Below, piece by piece: positions 13,044 through 25,901 of a stretch of 64,000 bases of DNA. Position 1 is the stretch's first letter, and each line of letters begins with the position of its first letter. The notes under the pieces were generated by a model, which searched no databases, was not told where the DNA came from, and saw only the letters and a list, made by a program, of their open reading frames with translations. Location of the stretch: positions 44,826,001-44,890,000 of the forward strand of contig NC_043014.1 in the NCBI RefSeq assembly GCF_006345805.1, in the 5' to 3' direction. The stretch is from Octopus sinensis (Eukaryota). A program made the position numbers and the translations under genes.

Positions 13044-13338
13044 CTAGCAGTATCGCCCGGCGTTGCTTGGGTTTGTAAGGGAAATAACTATATAAGCATT
13101 TTTAGAGAGTTACTTCCCTTATATAAACTGAGCAAAAAATGCGAAAAAATGGTAAATTTTTTTTTAAATCGTAGACTCATTGTAGACGCACGCTAATACC
13201 CAGAAGGGCTCGATATGAATCATGACTATAAGATACCCGCTTTTGGTTAAACTGCACCGCAAAATGTGGGAGTAGTTAGGAATCTAAATTGGAGGAGACA
13301 GACTCTCACACACACAACTTCAGTTTTATATATAAAAA
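13044..13338 (-). mobile_element. Non-autonomous Helitron-like element
   Basis: Minus-strand 3' end cccaagcaacgccgggcgatactgCTAG|T. A similar hairpin+CTAG end occurs at 34384-34420(-). Confidence 0.65.
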
Positions 13339-13886
13339 TATGCTGGTAGTTGAATATATGAAAATAGGGAGAATTTATGATAGGGACACAAAATGGTTTC
13401 TGATTTAGGCACAAGGCCAGCAATTTTGAGAGGATGATGAGTTGTTAACACTATCAACCAGTGAACTTGACTGGCATTTTATTTTATTCATCCTGAAAGG
13501 ATGAAACACAAAGTTGGCCTTTGCAGAATTTGAACTCAGAATGTAAAAAGCCAGAACAAATACCTATTTCTTTACTACCCACAAGGTGCTAAACACAGAG
13601 GGGACAAACAAGGACAGACAAACGGATTAAGTTGATTACATTGACCCCAGTGCATAACTGGTACTTATTCAATCGACCCCGAAAGGATGAAAGGCAAAGT
13701 CGACCTCTACGGAATTTGAACTCAAAACGTAACGGCAGACAAAATACGGCTATGCATTTCGCCCGGCGTGCTAACGTTTCTGCCAGCTCGCAGCCTGAAC
13801 AAATACCACAAAGCATTTCTTCCAATGCTCTACCTTTTCTGCTAGTCCACCGCCTTTTGTAGGGGTTACATAATAAGTTGACTTAC

Positions 13887-14098
13887 TTTCCAACAGTTTC
13901 CCATGTATAATGTTCACTTGGTTTGAACGACAGCGCAGCATCCCAAATACTGGTCTTCAAATCCGATGGCTGAGAAATGCCGCTGTCATTGGAGGAAGCT
14001 TCCAGTGTGGTTACTATTGGAGACACCTCTTCTTCACGAGAAGTCTCTTCATCAAGAAATCCTTCATCAAACAATGGCGAAGAAGTCCTCATTGGCAC
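13887..14098 (-). CDS. TUBGCP6: TUBGCP6 exon 9
   Basis: VP...DEGF...IWDAALSFKPSEHYTWETVG matches GCP6 DEGF...LWEAALTYEASKRRCWERVG. Phase 0->2. Confidence 0.9.
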
Positions 14099-15243
14099 CT
14101 GGATGTAAACATTATATATATATATAGATATATATTTATTATATATGTATGTATACCCACACATACACTTAATGTATTTATACACAAAAGAAGAGAAAGC
14201 TCAGTACAGATCCTTAAAGACTTGTAGAATTATTTCATTTTGGCAGAGCAGTATCTATGTAAGCATGATTTGGTTTGTGCAGCTAACTGTCGTTCAACCT
14301 GCGCATAAATACACATCATTGCCTTGTCATGTTGTCATGGAACGCATGAAAGCTTAAACGGTTCCAGCCACCACAAAACTGTGGTGACCCCGACATGATA
14401 TGAACATGTAGCCTTCTGATCTAGAACGTTTTATTATATACCATTATGTCATTTTTCATGCCATTAATGACATTGTTAATTCAATAGAATTCATCTAAAG
14501 TTTGAGGATCAGCTATTTATATACTGTGTGTGTGTGTGTGCATTTATAACTGTATATGAGAAAAATATAACAACAGATTTCATTGTTTTCACATGACCTG
14601 CTGTGCTTGAGGAGACCTATTGAGTCAAGTACATCAACATCAAAATAAAAATCAAATGGAATTGTAGTTGTGATACCTGTGCTGGTGGCACATAAAAAGC
14701 ACCATCCAAACGTGGCCGATGCCAGCACTGCCTTGGCTGGCTTCCGTGCCAGTGGCACGTAAAAAGCACCAAGTGATCATGGCTGTTGCCAGCCTCCTCT
14801 GGCCCCTGTGCCAGTGGCACGTAAAAAGCACCCACTACACACACACAGAGTGGTTGGCGTTAGGAAGGGCATCCAGCTGTAGAAACACTGCCAGATCAGA
14901 TGGAGCCTGGTGCAGCCCCCTGGCTTTCCAGACCCCGGTCAAACCTTCCAACCCATGCTAGCATGGAAAACAGACGTTAAACAATGATGATGATTTAAAC
15001 AGCTTAGAGAACAGACTTCATCCCCTGCTCAGTTTAACACCATTACTAGGCCCTCGTGATCCTTTGGCAGGGTTCATTCTTCTTCATGTATTCAGATCAG
15101 GTCTCTGGTTTGAGAATAACTTCCGCCCTTCCTCCAACCAGTTTCAAAGACCCTGAAGAAATACTAGTCATGGGTGCTACAAACACACACACACTCCATC
15201 CTCTCTGATTAAGCAGTAGAAAAATTAAAAGTTAGATACTTAC

Positions 15244-15280
15244 AGTTTTAACCGAACGAATTTTGGGACACACAAGATGC
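15244..15280 (-). CDS. TUBGCP6: TUBGCP6 exon 8 (37-nt small exon)
   Basis: Acceptor ttttttcctcag, donor gtaagt. Phase 2->0 bridges exons 7 and 9. HLVCPKIRSVKT. Confidence 0.72.
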
Positions 15281-15970
15281 CTGAGGAAAAAAATGGAAAT
15301 TATGAATGATTTATTAACTTCTTTAATGCATGAAATTTAATTAACCATAAAATAGTAGGAAGCCGAATTAGGGGAGCCTCTACAAAATTGTTCGATCTAC
15401 TAGAAATAGAAGCCAAATCTCCCTTAAATCAAGTTCTACAGTTTCAAAAAAATAAAGGACACAGATACCCTACAAATGAAAAAAGTTGAGATGGTTATGG
15501 ATAGAATGTCTTTGCTTATAGGTTTGCTTCACTAGTGCTTTTTATGTGGCACTTTGGTTTTAGGATAATTATTCTGTTGTGGTAAGCAGGTCTTCTTAAG
15601 TACAGTAATGTGTCACATCTCGGCCCTGTCACACGTCACACATATACAACAGGCTTCTCTCAGTTTCTTATTTCTTTATTGCACACAAGGAGCTAAACAT
15701 TGAGGGGGCAAACAAGGACATTAAGTCGATTACATCGACCCCCAGTGCATAACTGGTACTTAATTTATCGACCCTGAAAGGATGAAAGGCAGAGTCAACC
15801 TCGGCGGAATTTGAACTCAGAACGTAACGGCAGACGAAATACCGCTAAGCATTTTGCCCAGCTTGCTAGCGTTTCTGCCAGCTCGCCGCCTTCTTTCAGT
15901 TTCTGTCTGCTTAATCCACTCACAAAGCTTTGGTCATTTCCAAGAGTACTGTAGGAGTTATTTGCACAAA

Positions 15971-16200
15971 GGTGGCGAGCTGGCAGAAACGTTAGCGCGC
16001 CAGGCGAAATGCTTTGCGGTATTTCGTCTGTCATTATGTTCTGAGTTCAAATTCCGCCGAGGTCGACTTTACCTTTCATCCTTTTGGGGTCGATAAATAA
16101 AGTACCAGTTTCGCACTGGTGGTCGATGTAATCGACTTACTCCCTTTGTCTGTCCTTGTTTGTCCCCTCTGTGTTTAGCCCCTTGTGGGTAGTAAAAAAA
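15971..16200 (+). mobile_element. tRNA-headed SINE family B (representative copy)
   Basis: Head ggcgagctggcagaaacgttag...gagttcaaattcc, body cctttcatcctttcggggtcgataaa. Other copies: 7168-7400(-), 9053-9117 plus 10434-10578(-), 13565-13790(-), 15669-15890(-), 50233-50469, 51345-51567(-), and several degenerate ones. Confidence 0.88.
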
Positions 16201-16489
16201 TATATTTGCACAAAGTGCCACACAGTGGAAATGAACCTGAGACCATGCAGTTGGGAAGCAAACTTCTTACCACATGACCACACCCACATCTATGATAGAA
16301 ACTGAAAATTACTCTTAAACAGAATGGTCCCACCTGCAATAGACAGGTGTTGCAAACAGACTGCCTTAGCAAATGTTAATGTGAAGTGAGGATTGTATTC
16401 CCATTATTACACCTTCAGTAAGCCACTGGCTGCCCATGATAGATTTGCTGCAAAGAGCTAGTTGCTACTGTTTAACCCTAAGTCAACCG

Positions 16490-17036
16490 CACCACCAAAG
16501 TACAGATCTACCAAGCACTAATGCGAACGATTCTCCTTTACGGCAGCGAGTCATGGCCGATGAGGGTGGAAGATATTAAGTGACTAGAATCCTTTGATCA
16601 CCTCTGTCTACGCCGCATCCTTCATGTTCGATGGCATCACTTTGTCTCCAACAATTCGGTGCGACACCAGTGCAAAATCACCTCCCTCTGACAAGTCATC
16701 CCAACGAGACTTCTGCGTTGGCTGGGTCATGCCCTCCGTCGTCAACCAGGAGAATTCATCTATGAAGCAATTGCCCCAGCTCCCCTTCAGGGTTGGCAAA
16801 AGTGATGTGGTGGACAACAAAAAACTTGGCTGATGACAGTCAAGGCTGATCTGGAACCCAACCTAGGCCCCCATATCTACGGCATTCGCCGCTAGAATAA
16901 GGAGTGGTTGGAGATCACGCAGTCGTTAGCCTCAAATCGCCAGGCCTGGTCAGCATTTATAAGAGATACAGCACTGAGGATGAATGAAGCCAGCTCAACC
17001 CACTCTGGGTGAGTGCTGTCTCAAGACAAGACAAGA
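16490..17036 (+). mobile_element. Degenerate LINE 3' fragment (RTE/RTE-X-like)
   Basis: Encodes RLLRWLGHALRRQP and ends in a (CAAGA)n tail. Confidence 0.65.
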
Positions 17037-17311
17037 AGGTCAACTGATTGAGTTGATCTACAGTCAAGCATTCCAGCCTTGACCATTCTCTTTTTCTTGC
17101 CTCCAAACAAAGTATCTAGGACTATAATCTAATGTATCCTTCACGTTTTAAGATAAAGGAGCAATTTTAGAGATTTGGTTATTTCTAGTAGATTGAGTGA
17201 CCACATAGAAAATTTCTTTGAGTCAGAGTTAACATAGTGGATAGAAAATGAATAAAAAGAGGTTAGAAAAAGAATAAAGGATAGCAATAATAGCACAGGT
17301 AGGAGTTTTAC

Positions 17312-17436
17312 CTTTGTTGGTTTGGTAGCAGGTCAGGTAGGCCCAGTTTAAGGTCCAGATTGTAAACACTGCGATGGCTGAGAGCACCATACAATGTCCT
17401 CTGTGTAAGGTTTTCATGGTTATCGTTGAGGATATT
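17312..17436 (-). CDS. TUBGCP6: TUBGCP6 exon 7
   Basis: ENLTQRTLYGALSHRSVYNLDLKLGLPDL matches GCP6 ERDTRVSLFGALVHSRTYDMDVRLGLP. Canonical splice sites, phase 0->2. Confidence 0.88.
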
Positions 17437-18097
17437 CTGAAAAATAGAGTTAAAGTTGCATTTTTCTAAAAATCATAGAGCAATCACAGGTATGTATGTT
17501 TGTTGCTTCTCGAGCCATCCCTGGCTCATAGGGGCCAGTTTCCCGGTTTCCCTGGAGTATAGGTTCCCCACCTGGACGGGACGCCGGTCCGTCGCAGGTG
17601 AGCTGCAAGATGCAGGAGGAAAGAGTGAGAGAAAGTTGTGGCGAAAGAGTCAGCAGGAGTTTGCCATTACCTTCTGCCGGAGCCGTGTGGAGCTTAGGTG
17701 CTTCGCGCATAAACACACACATCACCCGGTCTGAGATTCGAACCCGTGATCCCTCGACCGTGAGTCTGCTGCTCTAACCACTGGACCATGTGCCTCCAAG
17801 GTATGCATGTGACAGGAAAGCATGATTAACAAGAAGGTCTTACTGAGAGCAAAGAAGAAATCTGAAGATAAAGTAACCAAATTACAGCAGAGATGATTGA
17901 GACACCTTGTACATCTGCCCAACACCCAACTACCCAACTTTCTAAAGTAGCCTTTTACGTTATGTGGCAAACAGGAGTCCAACAATAGAAAAACCACAAG
18001 GTGCATGCTGAAACAGAACAAGATATCCTAAACTGGCCACAGTTCACACTGGCTGGTCTTCAACTGGACCTAATCAATATCAATACATCTCAATCAG

Positions 18098-18483
18098 TGG
18101 AGGCGCAATGGCCCAGTAGTTAGGGCAGCGGACTCGCGGTCGTAGGATCGCGGTTTCGATTCCCAGACTGGGCGTTGTGAGTGTTTATTGAGCGAAAACA
18201 CCTAAAAGCTCCACGAGGCTCCGGCAAGGGGTGGTGGTGATCCCTGCTGTACTCTTTCACCACAACTTTCTCTCACTCTTACTTCCTGTTTCTGTTGTAC
18301 CTGTATTTCAAGGGGCCGGCCTTTTCAATCTCTGTGTCACGCTGAATATCCCCCGAGAACTACGTTAAGGGTACACGTGTCTGTGGAGTGCTCAGCCACT
18401 TACACGTTAATTTCACGAGCAGGCTGTTCCGTTGATTTGGATCAACCGGAACCCTCGTCGTCGTAACCGACGGAGTGCTTCCA
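18098..18483 (+). mobile_element. tRNA-headed SINE family D (representative copy)
   Basis: Head tggaggcgcaatggcccagtggttag...ggtttcgattccc. Other copies: 22475-23131(-, split by CR1), 49038-49337(-), 55578-55862. Confidence 0.85.
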
Positions 18484-18959
18484 CATCTCAATCACTAGAA
18501 CATCTACTTTTACGGTTAGATGACTTTCCCATGGCTAACCACTCAACTGTGAAGTACAAATGATTCTTATTTTCCAGCCAGCAGTCATTGCACAGAGTGT
18601 GGTTGATAGATTTAATCTGTCATCCAGTTTAATCCTTTTAACATCAATTCACCTGGAACCACCTCTAATTCTATGATACAAACTACCTGTTTTAGAGTAG
18701 TCAATATTAAAACCTTCCAATGAAATTTCGTTTCAATTTATGTCCCAAACACCAGCTTGATAACAACAAAGTAATTTTTACAAAATTCTTCGTTCTTTTA
18801 AAAATGGACCGAAATAAAACAGTGTATTTCAACAGAAATATGGCACAAGTTGGATTGACTTTATTACATGGCCTTTGGATGCCTCTAACAGAGTATTCTA
18901 TGTTGCAATAATCAGGTCAAGTCTCCACTCAGAGGGTAACTTCTTCCATCCCAACTGCC

Positions 18960-19330
18960 AGTCTTGTACTTACTTGTACTTGTGGTGACATTCACCCTGG
19001 GCAGGTCGAGCCGGCTTCTTCCACCACCCTCGAGGCATCTCGAACCATGGCGGTGGAAGAAGTTTCATGGGAATGTGAATTTCACAAGCGATCCCCAACA
19101 ATCCTGCATGTAGAGATATCCTGTTTGCTGCAGATTGTCCGCAGACGCAGGGACAGAACGACCGAGGAGCCGCCAGTTGCCAAAACAGATGCTCCGAGGA
19201 TTTTCACCAGAGCCCTCTCTGCCGGGTTGTGGCCCTAATACCACTCGGTGTCAGACCAATCCGCCTTGGGTGGCCCTACCAGGAACCGAAGTTACCGACG
19301 GCATAGCTCTGCCAGTCTTGGAGACCTTGA
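18960..19330 (-). mobile_element. Short non-autonomous element with RTE-like 3' tail
   Basis: Tail gaagccggctcgacctgcccagggtgaatg...caagta is shared with 11712-11828(+) and with the LINE end at 16985-17036. Confidence 0.55.
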
Positions 19331-20733
19331 AAATGTGATAGGTTAAGTCATGTGAAAAAAATATAAAAGAGAAAAAGAAACCCTCCTTAACTTAGGTAAA
19401 GACTGAACTTTAGACTAACCCCTTTTTGCTAGTTCCCCAGGATTTTAGTTATTCTGCCATTTACATTTATTTCTTGTAGAACAATTTTCAAAAATTTTGC
19501 AGAAAATTTGCTGGGGCTTTGGGATTCACAATAGTTTTCAGCTAAATCAGACAGAAGCAAGTTAAGTCAAATGCTTTGTTTTGTATAACCCTTTTGTTCT
19601 CATATTTATTTTGAGATGCTCTGTGTTTCTTTCAATTATTTTAAATATAACAAAGAATTTAGTAAAATAACTTAGTTACCATTAAGCTTGTGTTAGGAAC
19701 ATAAATTGTGACTAAGGTTTGGTGGGAGATTTTAATTCAAAACTTATGAAAACAAGACATTTGTACTACAGAGCCAGAGCCGGTTTCAGCCGGGTTGGTA
19801 ACGAAAGGGTTAATTGGTTTATAGTGCTGGGTTCAAATACTTCCAAGAGTGAAATCCTTTTCACTAATCTACATTAATGAGGTGCTGCAGTACATCATCT
19901 TCATTTAACATTCACTTTTTCTATGCTTGCATGGGTTAGATGGAATATTTTCCTATAGCTAAACTTGTTCTTCATGAAGATTGAAAACAAACATGATTTG
20001 TATGAAGATAATGTTTATTTACAACCATCATATGATGTCACAGAAATACACAAATACACACATACATACAATGAGCTTCTCTCAGTTTCCATCTACCAAA
20101 TCCACTCACAAGGCTTTAGTCAGACCTGGGTTATAACTGGAGTCACTTACCCAAGGTGCTGAACCATGACACCACATCATCATCGTTTAACGTCCACTTT
20201 CCATGCTAGCATGGGTTGGACGTATGACTGAGGGCTGGCAAACCAGATGGCTGCACCAGGCTTCAATCTTGATCTGGCAGAGTTTCTACAGCTGGATGCC
20301 CTTCCTAATGCTAACAACTCTGAGAGTGTAAGTGGGTGCTTTTATGTGCCAGTCAGGCAGCACTGGCAACGACCTTGCTCAATCTTTTACACATGCCACC
20401 AGCGCGGGTGCCAGTAAGGTGATGCTGGTAACGATCATGCTCGAATGGTGTTTTTTACATGCCACCGGCACAGCGGCCAGATACCCGCTCTGGCAACGAT
20501 CATGCTCGGATGGTGCTCTTAATACCCTACTAGCACGGGGCTCGACTGCCAGTAGTGCGACGCTGGTAATGAACACGCTCGAATGGTGCCTTTTAAGTGC
20601 CACTGGCACGGAAGCCGGTTAGGAAATAAGCTCCATACCTACTGAATCACATAATGCCAAAATTTTATGAAATGAGGTACAGCAGGTCATTAAGATCTTT
20701 TTGCGCCCCCCAAAAAGAAGTACTAGAACTTAC

Positions 20734-20784
20734 CTTTACACGGAAATTGTCAGACAGACCCTGTCCTGGGGATTTTGCAAATAT
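20734..20784 (-). CDS. TUBGCP6: TUBGCP6 exon 6
   Basis: Acceptor tttatttcag, donor AAG|gtaagt, phase 0->0. IFAKSPGQGLSDNFRVK resembles GCP6 MEAAPGTGL. Confidence 0.75.
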
Positions 20785-21133
20785 CTGAAATAAAGTGAAT
20801 ATCATAGAAGTTCCAAACAGAAAAAAACAAATGGAAAGATTACATTGAGTAAAATGTTTATAAAATGCCTTGCTTTGTCTTAGACGGATTATAGGAACTG
20901 ACCACAGAATTTAACAGGTATTTGATTTTATTGATCCCAAAAGGACGAAAAGAAAGAAATTGAGCTCAGCAGGATTTGAACTCAGAACGCAAAGGGTTGT
21001 GAGCAAATACTACAGACACTTTGTCCGACATGCTAATGATTCTGTCAATTTACTGCTGTGATACAAAGTGTTAAAATCCATGGAGTTGTAGGAGTTGATC
21101 TTGAAGACTTAACATTCAGCAAGTGTATCTCTA

Positions 21134-21472
21134 TCTCTATAAATATAAATGGCAAAATGTCTGTGTGTGTGTGTGTGTCCTTTATACAAATCCACAATTT
21201 TTCAGTTAGAGGGCTCGCACTTTCTATGGTCATTCAAAACCGTCCAAGGGTGGCCGTGCACATCTTTACATTTCCCCAGTCACCCTGCAAAGCCATTAAA
21301 AAAATCAATAGAAGTGATGTTTTTGTGAATTTTCTATCCAAAACCCAATCAAAATGCCCGAAACTTGATACACCAATTGAATGCCAGCTAGCTGTATGTG
21401 ATTGGTCGGAGATTTGGACAGTACTCGCGTGTATGTGCGCACGCACGCAGCGTTGCCGGGTCATAGTGCTAG
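21134..21472 (+). mobile_element. Non-autonomous Helitron-like element
   Basis: A|TC 5' end, GC-rich subterminal segment and CTAG|T 3' end, no TSD. Confidence 0.65.
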
Positions 21473-22293
21473 TTTAAGATAAATCCCTTTTCATTGTTGT
21501 TACCGTTGTTGTAGATTACCTCTGGTGCAACCATGATTGAATAGACCTACAATTGAAGGCATTCCAGCCATGGCCCTTTCTATATTATTTAGCTAAGATT
21601 GTGTAATACCTATGCCACTAACACCACAACACAACTGCCACCATCGTACAGTCTCAAAGTTGGGGAATTGCTGCTGCTTCTAACTCAAACACCGAAATAA
21701 CAAAATCTATGTAAATACACATTTCCTTGATTGCATTCTTCTGAAGATAGGGATTTGCACCCAAAATATAAAGGTTTTTTTTTTAGCTTTATGCAATTTT
21801 AGAAGCTTTCCTTATTTCTCTTTTTGGCACGTAAAAAGCATACACTACACTCTCGGAGTGGTTGGCATTAGGAAGGGCATCCAGCTGTAGAAACTCTGCC
21901 AGATCAAGATTGGAGCCTGCTGCAGCTATCTGGTTTGCCAGCCCTCAGTCAAAATCGTCCAACCCATGCTAGCATGGAAAGCCTTGTGAGTGGATTTGGT
22001 AGACGGAAACTGAAAGAAGCCTGTCATATATATGTATATAAGTATGTGTGTGTTTGTGTGTCTGTTTTTATCCCCCCGACATTGGCTTGACAACCGATGC
22101 TGGTGTCTTTATGCCCCTGTAACTTAGCGGTTTGGCAAAGTGACCGACAGAATAAATACTAGGCTTACAAGGAATAAGCCCTGGGGTCAATTTGCTCGAC
22201 TAAAGGTGGTGCTCCAGCATGGCCACAGTCAAATGACTGAAGCAAGTAAAAGAGTAACAGAGAGATTAAGAGTATTAAGATCTTATCCCTTAC

Positions 22294-22342
22294 CTCTTGC
22301 CAGTCATGAGAGCAATCCAACCCATTAGACTCAAATAACTCC
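22294..22342 (-). CDS. TUBGCP6: TUBGCP6 exon 5
   Basis: Acceptor ttcttgtttcag, donor GAG|gtaagg, phase 2->0, ELFESNGLDCSHDWQE. Confidence 0.7.
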
Positions 22343-22532
22343 CTGAAACAAGAAAACATTTAAAATATGTTAGAAATACAACATTTAAGGGACATTCGGT
22401 TAAGGTTATCACAATGCTGGAACTCATGCAAATATGAAGAAAGGGAAGTAAAGTGGTGATGATGAAAATAATAATGACTGACTGGCACTCTGTCCGTCGT
22501 TACAACGATGAGGGTTCCAGTTGATTCGATCG

Positions 22533-22797
22533 TCGGCTGTGGGGGTCACTCCGAAAAGCTCTATCTGCGACGATTTCATCTCAATCGAAGGAGAGGGGCT
22601 TTCTCCGTCCGGGTTGAGGATCCGTGGAATAAGCTGCCGGACGAGATAGCGAAGATGCCGACGACCGCTCGGTTCAAAGTCTCTCTTGACCGGAAATGGC
22701 CTGAACTCTTTGCATGAACACCACCCTGTACATAACTCCATGTCCCCCTACATGGCCTTGCTTTTTGCTTTTTGAGCCAAAAAATTAACTTAACTTA
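22533..22797 (+). mobile_element. CR1 LINE 3' fragment nested in a family D SINE
   Basis: GHSEKL...RRGAFSVRVEDPWNKLP...FKVSLD, the CR1 ORF2 C-terminal motif. Confidence 0.8.
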
Positions 22798-23163
22798 ACG
22801 GAACAGCCTGCTCGTAAAATTAACGTGCAAGTGGCTGAGCACTCCACAGACACGTGTACCCTTAACGTAGTTCTCGGGGGAGATTCAGCGCGACACAGTG
22901 TGACAAGGCTGGCCCCTTTAAAATATAGGTACAACAGAAACAGGAAGAAAGAATGAGAGATAGTTGTGGTGAAAGAGTACAGCAGGGTTCGCCACCACCT
23001 CCTGCCAGAGCCTCGTGGAGCTTTAGGTGTTTTCGCTCAATAAACACTCACAACACCCAGTCTGGGAATTGAAACCGCGATCCTAAGACCGCGAGTCCGC
23101 TACCTTAACCACTGGGCCATTGCGCCTCCACTAAATAATAATGGCAGGAACATAATTATCAAG

Positions 23164-23481
23164 TGTCCTTCTTGTGGCCCTCAAGCATCCTTCCTGTGGC
23201 CCTCAAGCATCCTTCTTGTGGCCCTCAAACGTCCTTCCTGTGGCCCTCAAGCATCCTTCCTGTGGCCCTCAAGCATCCTTCTTGTGGCCCTCAAACGTCC
23301 TTCCAGTGGCCCTCAAACGTCCTTCCCGTGGCCCTCAAGCATCCTTCAAGTGGCCCTCAAGCATCCCTCAAGCATCCTTCTTGTGGCCCTCAAACGTCCT
23401 TCAAGCAGCCCTGAAGCATCCTTCCAGTGGCCCTCAGGAATCCTTCAAGCGGCCCTCAAGCATCCTGCAAGTGGCCCTCAA
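23164..23481. repeat. ~22-bp minisatellite (~14 units)
   Basis: Unit ccttc(c/t)tgtggccctcaa(gcat/acgt), degenerating rightwards. Confidence 0.92.
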
Positions 23482-23848
23482 CTGTCTTCTTTCATCATCA
23501 TCGTTTAACATCTGCTTTCCATGCTATATGGCTTGGACGGTTTGATTGAGGACTGGCGAGCCAGGGGCTGCACCAGGCTCAATCTGATCTAGCAAAGTTT
23601 CTACAGCTGGATGCCCTTCCTAACACCATAAATATAATAAATTTTTTCTTTAATTGACTTACGTTCTACTTCTTTTAGTGTGGCCCCCACCCCTAAAAAA
23701 AGTCCAGATTTTGGATCTGGTCCCCAGATATTAAAAAGGTCAAGAACCACTGGCCTCAGTGAAGCAGAGAGAAATATATCATAGTTGGGTGATTATGAAC
23801 AACAAATGAGGGACGAGGTATTCAAAGAGGAAAATAAACAGGCTATAC

Positions 23849-23946
23849 CTGGGATAGAGGGAATAATACATGAAACTAGCATTTTGTGAGGAATATTTCT
23901 GAGTAGATTTCAAATAGTCAAAGCCAACGAGTTTCAGCATAGTATT
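23849..23946 (-). CDS. TUBGCP6: TUBGCP6 probable exon 4 (phase conflict with exon 3)
   Basis: TACTAAC branch point, pyrimidine tract and ag acceptor; donor CAG|gtatag. Open only in phase 0: NTMLKLVGFDYLKSTQKYSSQNASFMYYSLYP. Confidence 0.55.
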
Positions 23947-25539
23947 CTAAAATGATAAAAAGAAATGTTAGTACTGTTAACATTGTTAAGTGGCAAATAA
24001 CAACAAAATTTATTGATAACAGGACTCAATACTAGTGATAGAGTTTTATATATGTATGTGCGTGTGTGTGTAACATCATCATCATCATCATCGTTTAACG
24101 TCCGCTTTCCATGCTAGCATGGGTTGGACGATTTTGACTGAGGACTGGCGAACCAGGTGGCTGCACCAGGCTCCAATCTTGATCTGGCAGAGTTTCTACA
24201 GCTGGATGCCCTTCCTAACACCAACCACTCCGAGAGTGTAGTGGGTGCTTTTTACGTGCCACCGGCAAGGAGGCCAGTCAGGCAGTACTGGCAATGACCT
24301 CGCTCGAATCCTTATGCCACCAGCACAGGTGCCAGTAAGGCGACTTTGGTAACAACCACGCTGCTGCTCTGGCAACGATCACGCTCAGATGGTGCTCTTG
24401 GCACCCTACTAGCACGGACATCAAGACAAAATTTTTTGACAGCCAGATGCACTTCCTGTCACCAACCCTCACTAGATTCTGAGCAAGGTAATATTTTTTA
24501 CTGGTCCAAACATGCTTTCACAGAAGACTGCAAACAAAACAACAGCGATGTTTTGTTTACAATTAGCATGCAACGTCAAGACAAGGAGACAGAACCATAC
24601 ATAGGCCTGGCTGTGTGGTAAGAAGCTTGCTTCCCAACCACATGGTTCTGTGTTCAGTCCCACTGCGTGGCATCTTGGGCAAGTGTCATCTACTTTAGCA
24701 TCAGGCAACCAAAGCCTTGTGAGTGGATTTGGTAGACAGAAACTGAAAGAAGCCCATCATATATATATATATTTCATTTTTGGATTTGGTTTGCAAGATT
24801 CTTTGTGTGAGTTCGTGTGTTGAAGCATATTCTGTTGTGTCTGGGGAGAGTCATTTTCTTTTTGTGCCTTGTGGTTTAACACACTCACCAGTAAAAGAGA
24901 ATGACTCTCCCCAGACACAACAGTATATGTATGTATATGTTTGTCCCCCACAATTACTTGACAACTGATGTTGGTGTGTTTAAGTGCCTGTAACTTAGTG
25001 GTTTGGCAAAAGAGCCTGCTAGAATAAGTACTAGGCTTACAAAGAATAAGTGCTGGGGTCGATTTGTTCGACTAAAGGCGGTGCTCCAGCATGGCTGCAA
25101 TCAATAAAAGAAAAAGAAACACACACACAGAGTTTCTACCTACCAAATCCACTCACAATACATTGGTTGGCTCAGGGCTATAGTAGAGAGACACTCACCC
25201 ATGATACTGCACAGTGGGACTGAACCCAAAACCACATGGTTGCAAAGTGAACTTCTTAACTACACAGTCACGTCTACACACAAACCCCAGTCCAGTCTTC
25301 TTGACATGTGTAAACAAAACGCTCATTCATACGGTGTTGTTTGTTTCCATTTCACCATATAACCATGTCTAGGCTGTTTGTCGCTCGACTGACTTGGGAG
25401 ATTATTTATCACCTTGCTTGGAAACAGGTAAGGATTGGTGTCAAGGCGTCTAGTCATAATAAAACTGTTCCAACATATCTTGTCTGACCCATGCAAGTAA
25501 GGAAAAAGTAGATGTTAAAACAGTAATGAAGTAATAATG

Positions 25540-25853
25540 ATGTTTTTACAGTGTTGCTGGCAAACCTTTCTGATATTAGACTGTAGTAGGGCTTCATCTC
25601 TTGTGAAAGGTAGGAGAGTCCAGTTTGCTGGACATTGCTGTAGAGCTGAAAATGAGGCAATTTCTACTCTTCTCCTCTGGAAGCCATCTACTTGCGATAC
25701 CAGAGGGCGCACACTCTCCTACCCTGATGTAATCTCCAAAGATACAGGCATCCAGCAACAGGACCTCCGTTATGCTATGATGGACCGTGAAGTCTGGTGT
25801 AGCATAGTAAATTCCATTGTCTCGACCATGGTCGAACAATGATGATGATGATG
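25540..25853 (+). mobile_element. RTE-like LINE 3' fragment
   Basis: RRVQFAGHCCR...LLLWKP...YPDVISKDTG...MMDREVW, followed by (GAT)n. Confidence 0.7.
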
Positions 25854-25901
25854 AGTACCTCATGTCTGATGTATAACACTGAGCAACAAAATAAAACTTA
25901 C

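Noticed and set aside
18098-18170. SINE heads as functional tRNA genes
   Set aside because: A/B boxes are present but cloverleafs are incomplete and the heads continue into SINE bodies.
25859-25901. Extension of exon 3 to a downstream gtactc donor that would restore phase 0
   Set aside because: It contains an in-frame TAA and the donor is weak compared with gtaagt.
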